From the IMG/VR virus record IMGVR_UViG_3300025102_000018, positions 9,885 to 73,884 of that record: 64,000 nt of DNA. One strand, written 5' to 3'. Each line of letters starts with the position of its first letter. The stretch's first letter is position 1. Origin of the DNA: a virus. This document shows, piece by piece, positions 57,907 to 64,000 of the stretch. The position numbers and the translations under genes are program-made. The notes under the pieces are model-generated. The model saw only the letters and a program-made list of their open reading frames with translations. It made no database searches and was not told the origin of the DNA.

Positions 57907-58575
57907 TTAAACTTCTTTTTTCTTACGAGTTACGATTTCATCTATAATTCCATAATCTAAGGCTTCTTTCGAAGTCAACCAGTTATCTCTTTCAGAATCT
58001 CTTGCTACTTTTTTGGCTGTCTTACCACAATATCTCCCCAATAAATCAAATAATATTTTATTAGTTTTTTCCCATTCTTCCATATTAATTCTAGCGTCTT
58101 GAATATTTCCTACAGCTCCACCACTTGATTGGTGTAACATTGTTTTAGAAAATCTTAAAGAGGCTCTCTTACCTTTAGTTCCAGCACCTAATAAAACCGC
58201 TCCCATTGATGCTGCCATTCCAGTATTAATTGTTGCTACATCACATTTTATATATTCCATAACATCTATAATACTTAGTCCCGATTTAACTGAACCTCCT
58301 GGAGAATCAATATGCATAACTATATCTTCATCACTCAAAGTATCAAGAAACATTAATTGTGCTTGTACTATTGTACTCATTCGGTCATTAACCGGTCCTG
58401 CACACCAAATAATTCTTTCCATCATTAGTCTTGAAAAAATATCTATTTGAGTTGCTCTCATTTCCCTCTCTTCTAAAATATAAGGGGTCATACTATTCTC
58501 TATTTCCCATAATTTATTAGATGGGATGTTGAGATGATTACTCGCGTAATTTTTAAATTCACTTTTTAAATTCAT
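57907..58575 (-). CDS. clpP: ATP-dependent Clp protease proteolytic subunit
   Basis: DIFSRLMMERII, IDSPGGSV, GMAASMGAVLL (catalytic Ser), MLHQ, ERDNWL and YGIIDEI. Confidence 0.95.
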   Translation of the reverse strand: MNLKSEFKNYASNHLNIPSNKLWEIENSMTPYILEEREMRATQIDIFSRLMMERIIWCAGPVNDRMSTIVQAQLMFLDTLSDEDIVMHIDSPGGSVKSGLSIIDVMEYIKCDVATINTGMAASMGAVLLGAGTKGKRASLRFSKTMLHQSSGGAVGNIQDARINMEEWEKTNKILFDLLGRYCGKTAKKVARDSERDNWLTSKEALDYGIIDEIVTRKKKEV

Positions 58576-58658
58576 ATTCTTTAAATTTTAATATAAATGT
58601 ACAAAATATTTTACCATATTCAAAGTTTGAGGGCATATAATTTTTAAACAATAATAAA

Positions 58659-58826
58659 TTATATTTTTGGTGGTGGGTCTTTTAAAATAAGCTTATTACC
58701 CTTTTGCCATAATTCGTTTAATAAATTAAGATATTTGGTAATTTGGTCAGCATCATTTTTATCTTTAGCTTTTTGTAATTTACTTACCAGAACCTCTAAC
58801 TCTTCATAATATTGTATCTCATCCAT
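58659..58826 (-). CDS. Small hypothetical protein
   Basis: 55-aa ORF from hand translation (MDEIQYYEEL...PPPKI*). Confidence 0.45.
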   Translation of the reverse strand: MDEIQYYEELEVLVSKLQKAKDKNDADQITKYLNLLNELWQKGNKLILKDPPPKI

Positions 58827-58827
58827 T

Positions 58828-59028
58828 CTACTCTATAATTGAAAATCCAGAATTATGGAAAACTGTAGATACCTTATGTTTTAAAGCAAGGTCTTCAGCA
58901 ACCTCTACCTTCTCTTTATTATTAAAAGCCATATGACTTTCTAATGGGTGACCACTATGGTCCACCAGATTTACTAGATAACAAATACGCTCTTTAGTGT
59001 ACTGAAATTTGTGTGTTACTATTCTCAT
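58828..59028 (-). CDS. Hypothetical protein
   Basis: 66-aa ORF. Confidence 0.55.
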   Translation of the reverse strand: MRIVTHKFQYTKERICYLVNLVDHSGHPLESHMAFNNKEKVEVAEDLALKHKVSTVFHNSGFSIIE

Positions 59029-59092
59029 AATTTTTATTTTGGTTAAAAACTAAGAAAAAGAAAATAAAGCGTAAAGGGTGTCCTATAAAAAT

Positions 59093-59707
59093 TTAAACAA
59101 TATCCTTAGACTCAATTAAGGTATACGTAAAATTATTACTCCACGTGTCTCTAGCTTTTCTCATAATTTTCATAAATAAAGTCCAATCATCATTCGCAGC
59201 GATTACTTGACAACCAGCTGACCATTTATCTACTTGGGAAGATTTCTTACCAGCATATTTTGTTGCTCTATGAATGTTGATTCCAAACAACCCTGTTTGA
59301 GTATTGTCATCACTTAAATCATAAGTACCGTCTTTATTGGCGTCTCTATAAACAGTTACTGGTCTTTGTTGGCCTAATGCTTCGTATCTTCCTTGATGTT
59401 TCCTGATTTTGTGAGAACCTTTATATTGCCCTTCTTTAAGAACTGCCACACCCTCCTTGCGCATTATGTTCTCCACCCAATGAGTGCCGGGGTCTGTAGT
59501 ACATTCAAAACAGAAAAACTTCCACTCACCCTCTTTTTTGTACGCTACAGTTATACAGTCATCAAATTTATTTGTGACTTTATTTTTAGTTTCAGAATTT
59601 CTGATACCGACGATATTAACATTGTAATCGCCATTCTCGAACCATCTATAGCCTTTTGATTTTACGGCAGATTCGATTTGTTCCCTTGTGTAACAAGTTT
59701 TACTCAT
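59093..59707 (-). CDS. YkuD/L,D-transpeptidase-like cell-wall enzyme (putative endolysin)
   Basis: NIVGIR, TTDPG and a GINIHRA...WSAGCQV His/Cys motif. Confidence 0.65.
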   Translation of the reverse strand: MSKTCYTREQIESAVKSKGYRWFENGDYNVNIVGIRNSETKNKVTNKFDDCITVAYKKEGEWKFFCFECTTDPGTHWVENIMRKEGVAVLKEGQYKGSHKIRKHQGRYEALGQQRPVTVYRDANKDGTYDLSDDNTQTGLFGINIHRATKYAGKKSSQVDKWSAGCQVIAANDDWTLFMKIMRKARDTWSNNFTYTLIESKDIV

Positions 59708-59742
59708 AATTTTTGTTTTTGTTGTGTTCTTATTTTATTTAC

Positions 59743-60834
59743 TTAACTGGCTCTCCAGTTCAGCTCCTCAATAAATATTTCGTTAAAGTAGTTTTGCACT
59801 TCAGTATCGTCTGCCCATTCAGAAACTCTAGGACACAAAAGACCTCCATTATAGTCATTATCTTTCATCGCGGTCACTAAAGTCTGGAACCAACTACCTT
59901 CCTCTAAATAAGGGTCAGCGTAACTTTCCCACTGTTTAATAACATCCCAAAATTTGTCCGTGATATCTATTTTATATTTCCAATTAGGTACTTCCACCCA
60001 TTGTCTTTCTTTATTTCTTCTACGAGTACTCCCAGATTGGACACTTTGTCCTGGAGGTAAAATTTCTCTAACAGCATTAACATATGTGTTATAATACTCC
60101 CCCATCAAAATATCATTATAAGCCATATCAAACGCACCTCGTATAGCTCCTTCCACTTCTTCTAGTTCTTCCGTATTTCCTATTAATACCGACATATTAT
60201 ATCTGTCTTTAGCTATACTCATTATTCTATCTGGTGTAAGAATAAAACCATTCTTTCTATCCCCTAATTTGTCAGCATCAATCCAATGTTCAAACTCTTC
60301 TCTAAAAGAAGAAACTTCCATATTACTAAAGTTTTCTAGTAAAAAATCTACAAGTTTTTGATAGTTTTCTTCACTCATTATGTAGTCTCCGTTAACATCA
60401 CCTAGTATGTCTTCTAACCTCATACCAGTAGAATAATGTTCCCAATCCAAACCCTCTTCAGAAAATATTTGTTCTGCTATATCCCTACAAGGCATATCTC
60501 CTCTATAATACTCATCTGAAAACAACTCGGTCAAATCATTCTCATCATCTAGATATAAAAAGTATTTATCCCCTTCCTGTTTAACGTCACCTATATCTCT
60601 ACTAACTAGGTCAAACGCTAAATCCTCGTAAGGCTTATAACTACTATCAACTAAAGGTGGTATAATTTTTAGATAATTATCTTCGTCAAATAAATCTACC
60701 AGTTCTTCTAACTGGTCGTTTTTTTTATAATAATCAAAAATAGAATATATATCATAACCGAATAGTTTTTCAGCATCCTCAATTGTATCAAGTTGCTCGT
60801 ATACTAAATTTTTTATGACGTTTATTAGTTTCAT
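59743..60834 (-). CDS. Acidic hypothetical protein with a VYEQ leader
   Basis: Leader MKLINVIKNLVYEQ. ATATTTAT at 60840..60847 on the minus strand. Confidence 0.65.
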   Translation of the reverse strand: MKLINVIKNLVYEQLDTIEDAEKLFGYDIYSIFDYYKKNDQLEELVDLFDEDNYLKIIPPLVDSSYKPYEDLAFDLVSRDIGDVKQEGDKYFLYLDDENDLTELFSDEYYRGDMPCRDIAEQIFSEEGLDWEHYSTGMRLEDILGDVNGDYIMSEENYQKLVDFLLENFSNMEVSSFREEFEHWIDADKLGDRKNGFILTPDRIMSIAKDRYNMSVLIGNTEELEEVEGAIRGAFDMAYNDILMGEYYNTYVNAVREILPPGQSVQSGSTRRRNKERQWVEVPNWKYKIDITDKFWDVIKQWESYADPYLEEGSWFQTLVTAMKDNDYNGGLLCPRVSEWADDTEVQNYFNEIFIEELNWRAS

Positions 60835-60862
60835 TATAAATAAATATCTACCTATTTTAAAC

Positions 60863-60895
60863 AAAAAAGTCAGGTTATCTTCCTGACTTTCTTTT
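60863..60895. terminator. Rho-independent (possibly bidirectional) terminator
   Basis: AAAGTCAGG-TTATCTT-CCTGACTTT hairpin flanked by A- and T-runs. Confidence 0.75.
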
Positions 60896-61018
60896 TGTTT
60901 GTGAATCTTTCTTCTTTATTTCCATAAGACGTTTTAAAGCATCTTTCACTTTCTGATTTCTTTCAGATAAATTCTTTTTATCAGGTTTCCCTTTATTTTT
61001 TTTACAACCACATCCCAT
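60875..61018 (-). CDS. Small basic protein with an MGCGCK N-terminus
   Basis: Hand translation gives MGCGCKKNKGKPDKK...KRKSGR* (47 aa). Confidence 0.55.
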   Translation of the reverse strand: MGCGCKKNKGKPDKKNLSERNQKVKDALKRLMEIKKKDSQTKRKSGR

Positions 61019-61020
61019 GT

Positions 61021-61248
61021 TTATTCTTCATTAAGGTAATTATCAAATGTTCCGTGTTTAACTTCTTGGATGAACATATCAAATTGTTCTTTGGTAAAGT
61101 GAGTAAAACCTTCTTCTTTACCACCAATAATAACGGTGTCATTATCTTTATTTATATCTATACTAGGACACTTACATTTTCCACTTCCACAAAAAGTGAT
61201 TTGTAAACTCCTTTTACTTTCATTATGAGGTAAATTTTTATTTAACAT
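61021..61248 (-). CDS. Small DUF397-like protein
   Basis: CGSGKCKCPSIDI...VIIG...FTKEQF..FI..VK.G pattern. ATATTTAT at 61263..61270 on the minus strand. Confidence 0.5.
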   Translation of the reverse strand: MLNKNLPHNESKRSLQITFCGSGKCKCPSIDINKDNDTVIIGGKEEGFTHFTKEQFDMFIQEVKHGTFDNYLNEE

Positions 61249-61342
61249 AACTAATTTTTTTAATAAATATATTTCCAATTTTAAAATCTGTCAATATTAT
61301 GTTTATAAAAATCATTTGTATATTTATTTATAAACGCCTAAG

Positions 61343-63109
61343 ATGAATCTAATAATAGAAAACAGAGTTGATGACGCTTTTAAAAAGTATAGTAGTAATC
61401 CTATACTTTCTAAAGATATTTTTGACGTTATTGTAAATGGAAGTTCAGATATTGCAGGAAATCATAAATACTTAGATTGGATTATAAGTAAGTGGATTAA
61501 ATCTAGAGAAGAAAATCCCGAAATGGTCACATCATCTAAAGAAAGTGCTGAGGAGGTTATAAATGCTGTAGATACATTTAATAGAATTAGAAACACCCTT
61601 GATATTAAAGACCTATACGATTACAAAAGTGTGAGACAATTATTTCAAGTCTTAAGTACAGCACAAAAAAAATCTAGAAGACAAATAAGTAGTAGAGAAG
61701 ATGCTACAAAAGTATTTGAAAATGACCAATTTGTGATTGTGGTTCCAGAAAGTAAGGAGGCTTCCTGTTATTATGGGGCAGGTACAAAATGGTGTGTCGC
61801 ATCCACAGATACTGATTCTCATTACAACAATTATAAACGGTCTGGAGAACTTTACTATATAATTGATAAAACAAAACCAACATCTGACCCAACATACAAA
61901 GTAGCTCTTAATAAAAAACTAACAGGTGAAGAAGATTATTGGAATGCTATTGATAAAATGATAACAGATAAATCAATTATCGATTCTATAGTTAATAACG
62001 AAAATTTGATGGAAACCATAAGAGTACACTTTGAAGGTATTCATGGTGAAAGAGCAGTACAGGCAGAAAGAGAACGAAAACAAAGAGAACAAGAAAGAGC
62101 AGCACAAGAGGCCGACAGAAGACAACGACAAAGAGAAAGAGTAGCACGGTTAAACGCTGAAGCACAGACGAGAAGAGAAAATGGTGATTGGGAAGATTAT
62201 GATTTAGCTCACGCGTTAATGACATATTTAATTGAGACTGGTGATTGGGAAGGAAGTAGTAAAGAAGAAATACAGGACCAAATAGACACTCTAAGAGATG
62301 AAATGGAAAATGACCCAGAAGTTATAAATGACCCAGACGGTCCACGAGCTCAAGAGTACGGTGAAGATTTAAATAATTTAGAAGAAGATTTAGAAAACGC
62401 AGAAGATGTTTATGAGTTATTCCCAGAACCTTATGAGACTGAGGACTATGCAGGATTTGAATATGGTGGAGCTGAATGGTTAGTTGCGACAGATGAGGGT
62501 GCGGATGAATATGCATATGAAAGAGTAGAAAGTTTAATAGACGATATAGGATATGAAGGATTCAATGAAGGATTTGTAGACAATCATATAGATGGTGATA
62601 GAATGGCAGATTATTATGAGGATTGGTTTAGAGAGGACGTAGACAATGAACCAGAAAGTTATTTAGATGAGGATATCTATGGTGATGATATGGAGTTAAC
62701 AAGTGAAGCGAAAGAAGAGATTGAAAAAATAAAAGAAACAATAGGTGAGTTTAATGACGAACTAGAAGAAACCGATGACCCAATCATGAGGGAGGAAATA
62801 GAAGATAAAATACAGGATTTAAAAAGTGAGATAGAAGAACTTACAGACGATGAAGATTCTTATGAATTTACAGAGGAGGCAAAGGAAAGATATGTAGAGG
62901 GTAGAATGGATGATGTAAGATATGACCCAGTTAGTTTCATGAGAGATTATGGGATGGAAAGAGAAATCGAAAACTTTATAGACCAAGAAAGTTTTATTGA
63001 AGATGTAATAAACTCTGATGGTAGAGGGCATACTATTGCGTCCTATGACGGTAGTGAAGAAGAGATAGAGTACGAAGGAGAAACCTATTACATATATAGA
63101 ATGAATTAA
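61343..63109 (+). CDS. Modular protein: ASC.YG.GT.WC domain plus a long acidic C-terminal region
   Basis: Leader MNLIIEN, GNHKYLDW and ASCYYGAGTKWCVA. ATATTTAT at 61320..61327. Confidence 0.75.
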   Translation: MNLIIENRVDDAFKKYSSNPILSKDIFDVIVNGSSDIAGNHKYLDWIISKWIKSREENPEMVTSSKESAEEVINAVDTFNRIRNTLDIKDLYDYKSVRQLFQVLSTAQKKSRRQISSREDATKVFENDQFVIVVPESKEASCYYGAGTKWCVASTDTDSHYNNYKRSGELYYIIDKTKPTSDPTYKVALNKKLTGEEDYWNAIDKMITDKSIIDSIVNNENLMETIRVHFEGIHGERAVQAERERKQREQERAAQEADRRQRQRERVARLNAEAQTRRENGDWEDYDLAHALMTYLIETGDWEGSSKEEIQDQIDTLRDEMENDPEVINDPDGPRAQEYGEDLNNLEEDLENAEDVYELFPEPYETEDYAGFEYGGAEWLVATDEGADEYAYERVESLIDDIGYEGFNEGFVDNHIDGDRMADYYEDWFREDVDNEPESYLDEDIYGDDMELTSEAKEEIEKIKETIGEFNDELEETDDPIMREEIEDKIQDLKSEIEELTDDEDSYEFTEEAKERYVEGRMDDVRYDPVSFMRDYGMEREIENFIDQESFIEDVINSDGRGHTIASYDGSEEEIEYEGETYYIYRMN

Positions 63110-63111
63110 TT

Positions 63112-64000
63112 ATGAATGGATTAGATAAAATATTATTAGAAGGTAGAGTCGAAGATGCTAAGAACTTACTGAACAAAACTTATGACGATATGGATTACGT
63201 CGAAGATATTGTTGGTGACTTTGTAGATGGAGACCCATCAGGTAATAACAAATACCTAATGTGGATGGTAAAAAGATGGATAGAGGAACAAGAAAACACA
63301 GGGGCAATCGTAGACCTGGTCAGAGACTACCATAAACTTTTACCTAAAATCACCAACGCGTTAGCGGTAAAAGTATTCGGTGCAGAGGCAGACTCAAACG
63401 CGATAGTTTCACCCAAAAGTATAGACTCCTACCCAATACTAGATGATTTATATAAAATAGTTGATGCTGCACAACAACTAGAAAGTAGAAAAGAAGTAGA
63501 GGCCCAAGCAAAATCAGGAGCTAATAAAATATATGAAGATGAAAGGTGGTTAGTAGTCAGACCAGACACTAGAGATGCTTCCTGTTATTATGGTGCAGGC
63601 ACAAAATGGTGTACAGCTATGAAAAATGCTGAACATTTTAATAACTACAATAAAAAAGGAAGACTTTATTATTTGATTGATAAAAGTAGAGACCTAGGAA
63701 GATATTATAAAGTAGCTTTATACAAAGAGTTCGGTGCGGGGGGAAGAAATGAGTATTGGAATGTGGGTGAATGGTATGATGAAGTAGATGATAGACTAAG
63801 CAGTGATATGTTAGAGGTGTTGGTAGCTTTACTACCCCAACAACTAGGTTCCAGTATTGCACAAGACTTTAAAAAAGAAGAGGAAGAAAATGTACTCTCC
63901 CAACCAACAGCACAAGAATTTGGTGAGAAATTTATAACATGGGTTGGAAACAAATACCCAAATGGAGACCTAATAACTAGTTTAAGTGGTCCATGGGCAT
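63112..64000 (+). CDS. Modular ASC.YG.GT.WC-domain paralogue, 3'-truncated
   Basis: Hand translation gives MNGLDKILLEGRVED...DPSGNNKYLMWM...ASCYYGAGTKWCTA..., open to the window end. Confidence 0.75.
   Translation, partial: MNGLDKILLEGRVEDAKNLLNKTYDDMDYVEDIVGDFVDGDPSGNNKYLMWMVKRWIEEQENTGAIVDLVRDYHKLLPKITNALAVKVFGAEADSNAIVSPKSIDSYPILDDLYKIVDAAQQLESRKEVEAQAKSGANKIYEDERWLVVRPDTRDASCYYGAGTKWCTAMKNAEHFNNYNKKGRLYYLIDKSRDLGRYYKVALYKEFGAGGRNEYWNVGEWYDEVDDRLSSDMLEVLVALLPQQLGSSIAQDFKKEEEENVLSQPTAQEFGEKFITWVGNKYPNGDLITSLSGPWA

Noticed and set aside
6188-63953. Numerous short overlapping opposite-strand or out-of-frame ORFs in the track (e.g. 6188-, 9145-, 17432-, 41847-, 49808-, 63705-)
   Set aside because: They lie within longer, motif-supported genes and have no recognisable features.
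1-64000. Alternative genetic code (stop-codon reassignment), as seen in some huge phages
   Set aside because: Conserved genes are full length under the standard code, and TAG and TGA act as normal stops (e.g. 29126, 48943, 50447).
1-64000. Mobile elements, introns, inteins or diversity-generating retroelements
   Set aside because: I recognised no transposase, integrase, reverse transcriptase, intein motif or interrupted conserved gene.

Overview
This window is a gene-dense, AT-rich segment of a very large tailed (jumbo/huge) bacteriophage genome that uses the standard genetic code. The host is most likely Bacteroidota (Flavobacteriia-like), based on TTTG-N19-22-TAnnTTTG promoters, a Bacteroidota-type RpoD-like sigma factor, bS21, an Hc1 histone-like protein, T9SS-like C-terminal tails, SprB-like repeats and few obvious Shine-Dalgarno sites. 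From left to right it holds tail/baseplate-like structural genes (1-11.5 kb), a replication/recombination module (RuvC-like, primase, PD-(D/E)XK nuclease, SbcD, SbcC), a sigma factor, and a membrane/lysis region interrupted by an island of exported or unusual proteins (metallothionein-like micro-peptide, VapA-like, thioredoxin with T9SS-like tail, GH16/GH7-like lipoprotein). These are followed by probable head-core proteins, DnaJ, a DUF4338/DruA-like gene, an auxiliary metabolic cluster (rmlA, cyclophilin, cysK, PMM, PMI cupin, glnII) and two tRNAs. Next come a DUF2828 (Ro60/TROVE-like vWA) gene followed by two related structured non-coding RNA units, then DUF932, PcfJ-like, AAA ATPase, bS21, ClpP and a paralogous modular protein family. 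The best candidates for undescribed systems are (1) the DUF2828 protein with its repeated 'AAAG-stem...CRGCAA...stem-CTGA' RNAs and an aberrant tRNA-Gly, and (2) an ATATTTAT-promoter regulon of proteins with [ILV]xE leader peptides that look like capsid-packaged, protease-matured cargo. All product calls come from motif recognition by eye; no database searches were run.
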